From Chiloscyllium plagiosum (lineage: Eukaryota), in the NCBI RefSeq assembly GCF_004010195.1, contig NC_057752.1, forward strand, positions 8,625,616 through 8,689,615: a DNA stretch of 64,000 nucleotides, given 5' to 3'. Below the pieces are notes generated by a model that saw nothing but the letters and a program-made list of their open reading frames with translations, ran no database searches and was not told where the DNA came from. Made by a program: the position numbers and the translations under genes. Shown here one piece after another: positions 1 to 12,300 of the stretch. Positions within the stretch are counted from its first letter, which is position 1. Every line of letters begins with the position of its first letter.

Positions 1-2576
1 AAATTTGACCTTTCCGGGCCTAACTCCGGAACAGGTATCGGTCCTAAATGCTCCTCTAACAGTCCAAGAAATACTTGATGCAATTAGGCAACTTCAGAGT
101 GGTAAGGCACCGGGCCCAGATTGTTTTCAAGCTGAATTCTATAAAGAATTTACAGAAATACTGGTTGGTCCACTTATGGACATGTATAACTATGCATATA
201 GTCAGGGCTGTCTCCCGCCTTCGCTGAAAGAGGCAAATATCTCTCTTATCCTTAAAAAAGGAAAGGACCCAGAAGATTGTACATCATACAGACCAATATC
301 CTTGCTAAATGTAGATTTTAAAATCCTTTTTAAAACGTTAGCACTGAGACTAGAAAGGATACTGCCACGTATTATAAAGGAGGATCAGACGGGGTTTATT
401 AAGGGCCGTAGATCATCCAATAATGTTGGAAGGGCTCTGAATATGATTCAAGCTTGTCATCAGGGAAAGATACCAGGAGTAGTGGTTTCATTAGACGCGG
501 AAAAGGCATTTGATAGGGTTGAATGGTCATATTTGTTTTACACATTGGAAAGGTTTGGCGTTGGAAAGGTGTTTACCAAATACGTTGTATAGTGATCCCA
601 AAGCAGTTGTGGTTACCATTGGATTAGGTTCGGATAGCTTCAGTGTGGATAGGGGCTGCCGTCAGGGATGTCCCCTCTCGCCATTGTTATTTACGCTAAT
701 AATTGAACCACTAGCAGAAGCTATACGGGCTGATCCTAATATAATAGTCCCGAGGATTGGTACAGGTAAACATAAAATTACCCTTTATGCAGATGATGTT
801 CTTCTATTCCTCAGTAATCCTCTGATGTCCGTACCTCGCTTAATCCAAGTTATTAATACATTTAGTGCATTCTCAGGCTATAAAATTAATTTCTCAAAAT
901 CGGAGGCTATGCCAATGGGTGGCCTTGCTATGATACCCCGCTTAGTGGATGGATTCCATTTTCCGTTTCGTTGGTCCCTGGAGGGTTTCTTATATTTAGG
1001 CATTTTTATCACCCCAGTATTTGGTCAGTTATACAAGGCTTACATTTGTGCATTTACTGGAAAGGATAAGGCAGGACCTCCAGCGATGGGGAGACCTTCC
1101 AATTTCCTGGCTGAGTAGAATAGCACTAATTAAAATGAATGTCCTGCCCCATCTCCTATACCCTATGAGAATGCTTCCGGTGATGCTGCCGAGGCTGGCA
1201 CTACGTAAATTATATGGCTGGTTGGGTTCCTTTATCTGGAATCATAGACGACCCCTCAATAAGCTGAAGAAGCTACAGCTTCCACAGGCAAGGGGAATTC
1301 TGGACTTCCCAGACTTTAGGAAATATCAGTTAAGTTCCCTATTAAGTTACATAGCTGATTGGATCTTGTCTAACCTGCAATTAATCTGGCTGGACATCGA
1401 GGCTTCTCAAGTAAAATGCCCACTTATTAACCTCTTATTTTCAGACAAGAGGAAAATCATTACAGATTACTGTAAAAACCCTATAATACTAAACACAATT
1501 AAAGCTTGGAATATAATGCGGCAAAATGAGGGCAACTTACATAAAACATCCCCCTATGCTCCGATAGTGGGAGCATGGGGATTTCAACCGGGGGTTACAG
1601 ATGCCACTTTAAAACTCTGGAGATCCAGGGGTACCTCATGTTTAGAGGACCTATTTAAAGAGGGGGTCCTGATATCTTTTGAACAGCTGCATCAGAAATT
1701 CGGATTACCTAATAGAGACCTCTTTCGATACTTCCAAATTCGAGATTACATACAGAAGAAGACTACGTTATTAGATAGTCTTTATAAATCAGATAGAGAA
1801 TGTAGAGTGCTATGGCCAATGGGGGTATCTTCCGTCAGTACTATTTATCATTTACTACATTATGAAGTATCGGGAGATATGGATAATCTGCTTAAAACAT
1901 GGGATCAGGATTTGGGACTAGAAATCTCTATAGAAACATGGAATCATATTTGGGAAGAATTACTATCTGTAACAGAACCCAGGCTATCCAGCTGAAGATA
2001 CTTCATAGGGCCCATATAGCACCGGATTGATTGGCAAAATGTAAGGCAGGAGCATCTCCAATGTGTCCCAAATGTAAAATAGAGGTGGGCACTATTAATT
2101 ATGGAATGTATTCCCCTTGACTTCCTTACAAATATGGTGCACCGAAAGACCGAATTATTTTATAAAATATGGCAGCCCTTCTTGAATTATATGAATACAG
2201 ATATTTCGGCTATCCTAACAAGGGCTTTTATTTAATTGAGATTGCGAACCTGGCTGGTCCGGGGCCCCTTGGGAGAGGAATCCCGCACGAATACGGGTTT
2301 TGTTACATTTGATGTTAACACATTCCGAGCATGTATCTCACTACTCAATTTCTATGTTATCTGTTGGTTTTTTTTCTTTCTCTTATTTGAATAATGTAAG
2401 AGACTTAATTATACACTTAATTATACACTTAAGGGGAAGCATTGGATGTAATATATTAAATTTTGGTTATTATTTAAGATATAATTGTATATCAATGTTT
2501 GTACTTGAGAGTTTTGTTTTTATTTTTGTAAACTTGTAAAAATGTTAAATTTCCAATAAAAATATGTATAAAAAAA
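1..2576 (+). mobile_element. L1-clade LINE, 3' part of ORF2 (RT and C-terminus), frameshifted, with 3' UTR and A-tail
   Basis: ORFs 5-592, 510-1118 and 1021-1995 carry KAPGPD, YRPISLLNVD, SLDAEKAFDRVEW, GCRQGCPLSPLLF and LYADD. CPKC knuckle near 2062, AATAAA at 2555-2560, A-run to 2576. Confidence 0.93.
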
Positions 2577-3200
2577 TGCCTTTTGAAAATCTGACATATA
2601 TTACATCCAATGCTTCCCCTTAATCTGTCCTGCTTGATACCTCCTCAAAAACGTCTAGTAAATTTGTTAGGCATGCGCTCCCCTTCATTGAGCCATGCTG
2701 ACTCTGCTTGATGATTTTATGCATTTCTAAATGATTTGCTATTACATGCTTTGCAACAGATTGGCACATATCCCCAATAACAGATGTTAAGTTAACTGAC
2801 CTATAGTCACCTGCTTTTTGTCTCCTTCTCCTTTTAAATTCATGTGTTACATTGACAGTTTTCCAATCCCCCTGGACTTCTCCAGATTTAAGAATACCCG
2901 GAAGATTATTTCCAGTGCATCCAACTACATCCCTTAACAAGTAAAGATAAGTATCATCAGGTCCAGGGCACTTATCAGTCTTTGGCCCCATTAGTTTCCC
3001 TGGCACTTTTTCTCTAGTAATAGTTGTTGTATTTATTTCCTATCATTTTGCCCCTTGAATATTGAGTAATTTTGGGATGCTTTAGTGTTTTCTACTGCGA
3101 AGACAGATGCAAAATATTTATTCAACCCATCTGCCATTTCCTTGTTCCCCATTATTTCCCCAGCCTCATTTTCTAAAGGGGCCTATGTTCACTCCAGCTT
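2577..3200 (-). mobile_element. CR1 LINE fragment (RT N-terminal part), decayed
   Basis: ORF 2620-3006: DKCPGPD, DWKTVNVT, GDYRSVNLTSV, SQHG..KG..CLTNLL. Confidence 0.85.
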
Positions 3201-3632
3201 CTCAATTCTGAGCCAGATATGTCAGAGTAATTGTCAAAAATACAGTGGTTCCTGTGTATAGGTATGGAAAACAGACGTTGAAGCCTGCAGAATTCATCAT
3301 AGATTAGCCTGCAGTTCACATTTCTACTTAAATGTTTCCAACTACATATTTCCAAATAACAGGGTCTAACTGTACTGAAGTAGAAACAGAAGAAACAACA
3401 TGAGATTATTTTGTGTTTCTTGAATTACAATGAATCTCCAAATAAAATATCTCTCCATGTACAATACAGATACCCCAGCAATGTTGTTTGATATTTCAGA
3501 AAAGTATCATATCTAAGATATAGTTTGGTATTTGTGGACAATATGGACTCATTGATTTGAAATTTTGATGCCAGAAAGTGGGTATTCAACTCAAATTTTT
3601 ACAGTGAGAGGAAAAGCTGAAATGTATCTCAC

Positions 3633-3776
3633 CATAAGTGAGATTGTCCTTTCCTTCTTCCTGGACAGCACCTTTCACTTTCTCTCGCTTCTTGTGCTTT
3701 GATCCATGGGTCCTGTGGTGTCGGTGACTTTGTCTACCCAGAGGCATACGCACGCCAACATACAAGGTCCTGTGTC
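3633..3776 (-). CDS. SLC4A8: Internal coding exon of SLC4A8 (NDCBE, Na+-driven Cl-/HCO3- exchanger), N-terminal cytoplasmic region
   Basis: Translates (G)HRTLYVGVRMPLGRQSHRHHRTHGSKHKKREKVKGAVQEEGKDNLTY, which matches the SLC4A8-type motif (SLC4A10/7 have VHVP-type variants). Acceptor ttttccttttgtgattatag ends at 3777, donor GTGAGA starts at 3632. 144 bp, phase 1 to phase 1, no stops. Confidence 0.9.
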
Positions 3777-4286
3777 CTATAATCACAAAAGGAAAATATA
3801 AACATCAGACATAAAAGCATCATCAATTCTAAATACAATGATCACAATGTAAATTAGGATGCAGTTGAACTGTGTTGGCAGATCACACATCCTCACGTTA
3901 TTGCAAGATACAATTCTCTTCTCATATCTTCATCTTTCTATATCTCTTCCCATTTCTTTAAAAATCTCTGATACAGCTTTTGACTCTCTCTCCTAACATT
4001 GGTACTCCTACTGCTCAGGCTTGTCCATCCATTAGCATGTGCCAACAAATGACCATCAAATAACAGGAGTAACTATTATCCACACTTTAGTTTCCACTAT
4101 CCATTTGATGTTTTACAACAATCACCATTATGAAAAATCAACACGGAAATCTATTGTAGTCCTTCCAGAACCATGATGACAGGAATGGGCTCAGCAAAGA
4201 AATGCAAAGTATAGGGCCCAATCATAAGTATAAGCATAGGATGATAGAGAAGCAACAGACAAACACTTGAAAGAAGGGGGGAGCTC

Positions 4287-4383
4287 GTGTGGCATGGGGT
4301 AGTGTCCCTACCATAGTCCAGAATGTCTGGGTTCAAGTCCCACCTACCAAGGAGGTGTCATAACTGGACCGGTTCATTAAAAA
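4287..4383 (+). mobile_element. Short tRNA-derived SINE remnant
   Basis: A-box-like TGGCATGGGGTAG and B-box GGTTCAAGTCC about 40 bp apart; no intact cloverleaf. Confidence 0.5.
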
Positions 4384-6458
4384 CTACTTGAAAGGAGGAA
4401 ATTAGATATTATGTGCTGAGCAAATGCTGCTGAAATAGTGAAGCTGAAAGCAATTTCGAAGTTTTAATCAATGCAGAACTGCATTTAACCAATGTCTAAC
4501 CAACATAGAACAGCAATTAAAACCAACAAGACGTTGAAAAAAAACACAAAATAACAGAACACAAATGAGAGGAAATAACAATCAAACTTTGTAGCACTCT
4601 AGGTAGAGCAGAAATGACATCTAGCTTTTTTCTTAAACAAGAAACTGGGGAAACACTCAAACATTGGAGATAGTTTACCCACCGGTTAAGTATCTGAGTT
4701 ACAAAGAAAACATTTCAGAAACTTAATCTTTATAAACTATAAAAGGAGGCTTGTTGACAAAAGACAACTTTAGAGCTGATATCAGGAAATTCTTCACTCA
4801 AGGTGTGATCAAGACCAGGAATAATCTTCCAGATAATGTTGGATGCAATAAACCTTGGAATAATTTCAAAAGCAACTGGAAAGAAGACTTTATATCTATG
4901 AGTTGATGAATTAAATAGGCTAAACTGTCTTCTTCATCATAATTATCTTGTGAACAGGTTTATCTGTTACGTATATGCCAGATTTTTTGGTAAATTCGAC
5001 AAGTTAACTGCATCCTGCCATTGGATTAAGAATCTAATTAAGTTGAAGGAAATTACTTTGCATACTCAACATACAAACCCTGTGATTTATCCAGTCAAAA
5101 ATTCTTTGCCATTTTTATGAGGCTCTGAAGACTCTTAAAACATTACACAAGGCCAGACTTTCTATCAAATCTTAGTGCTAAACATTCACTGCAAAACATA
5201 CAATTAAGACTGGAAAAAAATGAGTCAACATGAAACTGCTTTTGTTTCCACGCTCTTAAAGAAGTCTCCATAAAATGGAGTACAAATTAGTATAATTTTG
5301 TGAAATAACAAAACTATTCAAAGAGCTTTATGCAGAAACTTAATCTGTGCCAGGCAAATGACAGATCTTGTTGATGTTCTGATGCAAAGAACCCTGGAAT
5401 ATTAAGATGTGTATTTACACATTCACAATTGTTTTGCTTTTGTGTAGTAATGAAAGCACAAACCCCATACCTTGTTGACTCTTTGGAAATAAAGTAACCC
5501 AGGTCCACATTGTAACTTCATTCTTCCACTTGTCATCAGGCTTTCAGAAAACAGGGTGGGTAATCATACCCTGAAACTTTACAATTTAACACAACCATTC
5601 TCTGCCAATGAAATTATATTCCAAAAGATAACAGCATTTAAACAGTCCACACTTTTAGTGAGAATTTTATTTCAATTAATTATGCTCATAAAAAAATCTC
5701 ACCCCTACGAAGTAATCTTCGGAACCTCAGGTACAGGTTATGATTGTTCATTTTGCCAAAATATTGCGAGAGCTTTATCTTAGAAAGATTCTGAAGCAGG
5801 ACTCTGCCTAACCAAGAAATCATCAGATATTTATACACAGAGAAACACGGAGACAGTACACTACTTGAATTCCAACATGGTCTGTTTTAGGTTTACACTA
5901 TGCAAAATACCTCTGTTGCAGATTCCTAGGAGGCAGGGTGTCTGCTATTCCTGGTCTTATCTACTATCTCTGTCTCCTGGATCCTGCCCTAATCTCTCTT
6001 TTGGAAACTACTTGTTATTACTGAGCTAAGGCTTGCTTTGCCTACAATATCATTTTGTTCAGCAGCTCAGAGTGGTTCAGAGGTCAGTAGGTATTCAAGC
6101 TGCTGATAAAGACAAGCCACTTAGCTGCAAGGCCTGTGTGTTGGCCACATTAGCTAAGTGGTGCCTGCATGTTCAGTTTAACACAGAAACTTTTCTTAAT
6201 ACAATCAAATGGGAATAAAATGAGCTATACAAATGAATCATTGTTATTAAACTAATTAAATTCCCTAGTTCTTTCTAATATAATCATTCAACCTCACTTA
6301 AGATCTTTATTAATCATATTTGTTTCTTTCCCCCGTGAATTGTTGTGAGGGTAATCCATGTTCAATGCTTTCCCTTTACATTATCCAACCAATTCAAACC
6401 CAGCTAATTCTTTAATTACGATACCCATCCCCTGTTCCCACATTCCCTCAATAGGCCT

Positions 6459-7129
6459 TGTTGTGGAGAAAATATTGAGAACCACCAGGAGACGCAGAGA
6501 GGTCTTCAAGAAGTAAGTCTTTTATTTGCAAACAAAAAACCGTGACACTGAAAAAGCAGATTGTCGAATGCCCATGAACCTGAGGGCCCGTGGATTTTTA
6601 ATTTTTTTTTATCATGTTTCTGTTAGCTTATCAGTATGTCCAACTATATTAATCAAAGTACCTCACTCTGGCTACACAATAAACCAGTGATGTTAGTTCC
6701 CATTATTTCGTTAGTTGTACATTCTACTTAATGTTATTCTAATGTCACAGTTAGATATTTATTGCTAACTGTGCTACAGTGATCTTCAATTTCAGACTAA
6801 CTTGTCATGATAGATATTTAGCTATTCCATCTGTTACAATAGTCTCGTGTCTCAAACTGACTTTACTAACTATTACTTAGATATTTTAATGTCATGTCCC
6901 AAATACTTATTGTCCCAATCCTGTCATAATAATACTTAACAGAGAAACTTGTTTTATTACTTGTGTTATCTCCTCTCGCCATAGCGACCTTTCAGCCTTA
7001 ACCTTACTCTGCTAATTGGTGTAAGAATGTTCCACTATGGTTATCCCATCCTGCCTCCACAGAACACAGATTCCCAGTGGTCTTCATGCTTTAACCCTTC
7101 CCATGCATTCATGTTCTTTATTTTCCATA
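6459..7129 (-). mobile_element. Probable solo LTR
   Basis: Ends TGTTGTGGAGAAAATA ... TATTTTCCATA are near-inverted and flanked by GCCT/GCCT. Minus-strand AATAAA at 6521-6526. Confidence 0.45.
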
Positions 7130-7194
7130 GCCTCAGGCATTTCTTCAGAACACGTTAGATGATAAAACTCCTGCGATGAGACACTGAAGGAACA

Positions 7195-7455
7195 GCGATG
7201 TCAAAGGGCAGTGGTTAGATTGTCGATCATTGGAGATGGTCATTGCCTGACACTTGTGTGGTGTGAGTGTTAATTGCCACTTGTGAGCCTCAGCCTTAAT
7301 ATTATCTAGATCTTGTATTTGTGCATGGACTGCTTTAACATGTAAGTAATCATTAATCATGCTGAACATCACGCAGCCATCAGCACACATCCCAATTTCT
7401 GATGCTGATGATGGTGATGGAGAGAAAGTCGTTGATGAAGCTGAAGATGGTGGGA
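7195..7455 (-). mobile_element. CR1-group LINE RT fragment
   Basis: ORF 7145-7504 contains EIGMCADG, QDLDNI..A.KWQLT..PHKCQAMTISN; homologous to 22040-22330. Confidence 0.7.
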
Positions 7456-8149
7456 GAATATAGTCCAGATCAGTTAATGTTTGGTAGGAATCCCAAAGTT
7501 CCATTAGTATTAAGTGATCAGCCCCAACCTAAGTAAGGGGCTACAATTACTGCTGTGTTTTCAGAGCATTTGAATGCACTGCATGAAGTCAAAGGCTTTC
7601 ATTAAAGCCAAAGTCTCAAAACATTTAATACTTCTCAGTAATGTCTGTCTCATTAGAGGCAGCTATCAAGCATCCTTATGATGCATGTACATGATTTCTT
7701 TTTGTGGAGTGGGAATAGTGAATTTGAAAATATAGTCATAAATGGGCTTAAAGCAGAATTCAAACAGGAGCCAAACTTCTGAGGCTTTAAAGATATTGGA
7801 TTGGAAATCAAGCAGAATAGATCAAGTATCACTTTGCATCAGCAATCTTCAAATCAGAGTGTTACAGGACAGAAGACCCTTCAACCCATTCAGTCTATGC
7901 CAGTCATCAGGTAACTATACTTTAATTCTATTTTCCAGCACTTGGTCCATTGCTTTGTACGCTATGATGTTCCAAATGTTCATCTAAATGCTAGTTAAAT
8001 GTTGTAATGGTTATAAAAATATAAATTATAATATATAATAACAGATAGTATAATTATAACAAATACTCTTATTGGAAGGTGTTAGCGCCATTGTCAAAGC
8101 AGGGCATTGCAAAAAGATGCAGTGTGTTCCAAAACTGAAGTGGAGGATT

Positions 8150-8910
8150 TGCAAAGTCTAATTGGATAGTTGATTTGGCTGGGTGCCCAAACAAGGCCAG
8201 GTGCCAGGTTTGAAGTATTAGAGTTGTGTACAACTATGAGAAATTCAAAGGTGAAAGATATTATTCAGGCACACAAAACACTGAAAAAATAAAAACAGAG
8301 AACTATATTTCAAGATTTCCATTGCTGGAAGATGCCAGGAACATGAAAGTTAATGTTTTTAGTAATGCTTCTTATGCAAATCGCTGGTAAGTTCTCAAGT
8401 GCAGGCGGGTTTATAATTTTACTTGTGGGAAAGCGAGGTAAATATTGCCCTTTAGTTTAGGAAATTAAAAAGATCAGAAGAGTCGTAAAAGAAAACCTTA
8501 GTGGCAGAGACTTTCACTCTTGGTGAGGCAGTAGATTTGGTATTTTTTGTTGTGAAAATATTAGAAGAAGATTTTTACAAAGAGAATTGGCAGCAATACC
8601 CATTGAGTGTTACATCAATAATAAATCACTATAGAATAGCATACAGTGAACAAAATGTGAGAATAAACATGACTGGGGATTGATATTGCTATTTTAAAAT
8701 AGATGGTGGAGAATGGAGAGATTTCCAAATTGAAATGAGTAGATAGCAGCAGTCAACTATTTGATTATTTTACCAAGGAAGCAGCAAGTTCTAAGAAACT
8801 GTTGGAAAAAGGATTGCAAAGAAACAATTGTGAATATAATCTGTTGCCTTTTAAATGTTTTGTTTGTTTTATTACAAATCGATCCATTTAAAAAGAAAAA
8901 ATTGGGAATC
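8150..8910 (+). mobile_element. Ty1/Copia-like RT C-terminus and RNase H relic, with PPT
   Basis: Hand translation: IG*LIWLGAQTRPG (8161), VFSNASYAN, KKIRRVVK, AETFTLGEAVD, DIAILK*M, VDSSSQLFDYFTK. Purine tract at 8890-8908 is followed by TGTTG at 8911 (putative LTR start). Confidence 0.72.
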
Positions 8911-9110
8911 TGTTGTTACCATCTAATATGGGCTGAGACCTAATAGAATGAGAGAACTGGTGATGCATATATTCATTAAGCATTCATTGGGTTTGAATTG
9001 ATTGTCTTAATATGGCAGTGATCAGTGGGATATGCTTCATGGAGTGTGGATAACTGGAAAAAAAAACTTTCACAGAAGTGTGGATTTGAATTCTGGTTAA
9101 ATATAGTTAC

Positions 9111-9342
9111 TGCAGTGATTTTAACAAGGGCAGCCAGGTGGACCTCGTAGAATGAGTTCCCTGATTGGACCAGATTAACAGCCCCAATCGGGGAGCCCTG
9201 GCTGACAGATATAACAGAGTGATAGAGGTTCTGTTCACTCTAAGATCTGGCTCTGAGGGATTTGGATCAGTGTCAAGGACTCTCCATGTGTACATAAAGG
9301 GTGACTTGGTCACGGGCTATTGGCCTCTGTGGAGTTATTTCA
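9111..9342 (+). mobile_element. Solo LTR of the Gypsy family seen at 54674 and 55166
   Basis: TG...CA ends. Shares CAGCCAGGTGGACCTC, CTGATTGG..CCAATC and GGCTGACAGATA with 55166-55278, and ATAAAGGGTGACT..TGGCCTCTGT..TTATTTC with 57330-57379. Confidence 0.85.
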
Positions 9343-12300
9343 ATTATCTTTGGGAGTACAAAATTCAGGTCCAGTCAGGAAGGTGGTTGGGGTCAGTAGT
9401 CAGAGGGGTGGTGGGGTTGGATCTAGTCAGATAATAGTTGAATTATGTCTAGTCAGGAGCATAGTTGGGGGTTGGGGTGCTGTTCTGGCATTACCCAGAT
9501 GTTAAGACTAGGTTTAATCCAATATTTTCAGGGTAATTACCCAGTTAAGTCTCTACACTATCCAAAGTCTTCAACTTTGATCCAGAGACATTTGTGGAAG
9601 CTCTCTGGGAGCATAGGTAAGGCCAAATGGAAGCTTACACTTCCCAGGCAATTTCCACACAGATCCATGTGTCAGGTCTTCTGCAAGATCCTGATACATA
9701 TCTTTCATCATACATCTGGTTTCTGATGATCTGGAGGCCAGAAAATATAGCCCTATGTTTCAGGTCAATAACCACTGAAGTATCACTTGGTTCTGAAAAC
9801 CCAAACAGTTAAGGAGGCAGATTGAAGAAGCTATCAAGTAATATGGAAATAGTTACTGTGTGTATCTGATAGTAGCCAACGATATACATGCAGCATATGT
9901 CTCTCCACTGCATTCCGTTGTTGACTAGCTGCTCAACCACTTTAATTGTGGTTCATGTCTGACAGGTCTGCTTCTACAGCAGGACTGTCCAAACTTTACA
10001 TGTGTGGGGCCCTATTTCAATGTTTTTTTCTTACTTAAGAAGCTGATCAGCAAATTTCAAACAAATAAAGTTTAACACAATATTAAACATGAAGTTTAAA
10101 AATGCAAAAACAATAAACATCATTAAAAAGTAATTAAAATTAATAAACACAATAAAGTGGCAAGCATCAGAGCTAACTAATAAAACCAATTTTACCTTTT
10201 CATTTGAGAAACAAAAGTAGAGAGAGAGAGAGAGACGAGGCCCCAAGTTCTGATCATCAGGGAAGTATGTGGAGACAGAGGCCAAGTAAGGCTTTGGAAT
10301 TAACTAACACCCAATAGACACTGCAGAAACTAAAGAGAAATCATGCACCTTCACTGTGTGCTGCTCCTCCAATCACAGGGACCTCAATAGCAGCAAATAT
10401 AGGAGAGAAATGGCTTGTGGTTGAATGCGCATGACTACACCAAATTTTAATTCAACTTCCTTGTTCTTCCAAGTGTCTTGGACCAAGTCTGGTGAACCAT
10501 GTACAAAGACTCCATCTGTCGCATTCTGGACTACTCGTTTGCTTTTATTTTGTTTGTTTTATTACAAAAATCTCACTTTAAAAACAAAATTAATTTACAG
10601 TACTAATTTTCAGCTTGGACTCAGAAAGTCAGCTCTCACTTAGCATTAAGTCTTCAACTTAGGCTTTCCAAATAGGCAGCAACTAAGGTCTTTAAGATAG
10701 TCAACCGTATAGGAATGTTAGTCCAAACTAATGAACAATTTAAACTAATCTGATGTACTATATTACAAACGACGTAAGTTAATTCAGACTTGGCATTCTG
10801 TGGCACCATTTAGATCCTCAAAACATTCTGCAGTGCCTGTGGACTTGGTGCATGTTTTTTGGTAACCTTCCAAAGTTTAGATTTAGTAGCTTACACCTCG
10901 TCCAATTTGGCTTTAATGAACAAGTAAATCAGAAAATAGATCTCATTCACTTACTGGGAATACCTTATTTGGATATACCATATCAATTAATTGTTAAACT
11001 GAGACAAAACAATTATCAGATTATTATTAAGTTTATATAGCAGAGCAACAATCAATAATTTTGATGCATTGCAAAGACTGCAGATGGCAAATATCTCAAT
11101 TCCATTAAAACAGGTCCTAATAACAATTTCTCCATAAATCAGGTGGTTTTTTCAGTATTTTTCTACTGAATGATCATCATACACTGAGGAATGACTTAGT
11201 TAATATCCTTGGAGTGGAAAATGATCCATGTAAATTAATCCATCAGTCTGCAGAGAACCTTTCCTTCTCCCAGTTGAGCGCACACATTTTTTATCAGATG
11301 CTAATCTCTAACACTATTAACAAACACATTACATTATGTTAAATCTTACTGAATTCGGTACAGAAGAAGAAATATGCCTATATGTCAACTATTAGTCAGG
11401 CTCATTTGTTGCTATGAAACATGAATTGTTCCTCAGCAGAAGCATAACTGCTTCCCCCAGTGACTATAGTTGTGTCAAACAGTGGAATCCCGAATCGATG
11501 CTGAGCTAGCTGATGTAAACTGGATTGCACAGCAACAGTTGGCTGGCCTCAACACAACAAGTTTGGGAGGGGTAATCAGCCCCTTGCGAACAAGTGTCGA
11601 GCCAGCCCCTAACTATAAGCTTGTGCAACAGCAAGATGAGCTTCAGCAAGGAAACCAGAATAGATACCTAGCAGATTCAGCTTGCCACTTAGTCCAATGA
11701 CCTCCATGTTGCCTCTGACCAAACCACAGCCCAAAGCACAATGAATGGACACCAGGCACACACACGCCTCCTCCATGGATATTGGCATCTAGCATCTACC
11801 AAGCTGTCACAATCATTGTGGCACATTTACTATGCACTGACAGTGTGCTCTGGAAGCACAGATTTGCATCGTAAGATGCTCTAGTAACAAGCATTGAAAG
11901 GCTGCAGCAGGGCACTCTGCATACAGAGACAGGCACCCAGCTCAATGACTGGACCAGGCTGTGTGTCAGGGCTGCTCACTTGCTCTCTTAGCACCTACCT
12001 GCCCATTCGCAGAATCCCTGCCTTACCTTGACATGTCATTTGCACAGGCAGCTTGCCTAGCTGCTAAGCAGTCCTCAGTCTAGGGGTGCACATCTTACCA
12101 CGTGGCAGTGTGCTATGTCAATCTTACAACTGCACCATGTCCAGAGGATAGAGCTAATGCAATCAGGGAGATGCATAGGTACAGTCAGGGATCTGGGCAA
12201 GTCTTTCCTGGGGCTGTCTGTTCATGCCACTGAAGGAGTGAGCCACGGTCAGGATCAGGTCTGTCCACAGAAACTAAGTGGGAAGGGAGGAGAATGGTGT

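Noticed and set aside
5..1995. Intact RT gene or domesticated protein
   Set aside because: At least two frameshifts, stops and deletions; an ordinary dead L1-clade copy.
10031..10285. ORF MASVSTYFPDDQ.. as an SLC4A8 first exon; a CTGATGA motif is also present
   Set aside because: Non-ATG start, runs through a (CT)n tract, no SLC4 similarity, and no stem II or GAAA for a hammerhead.
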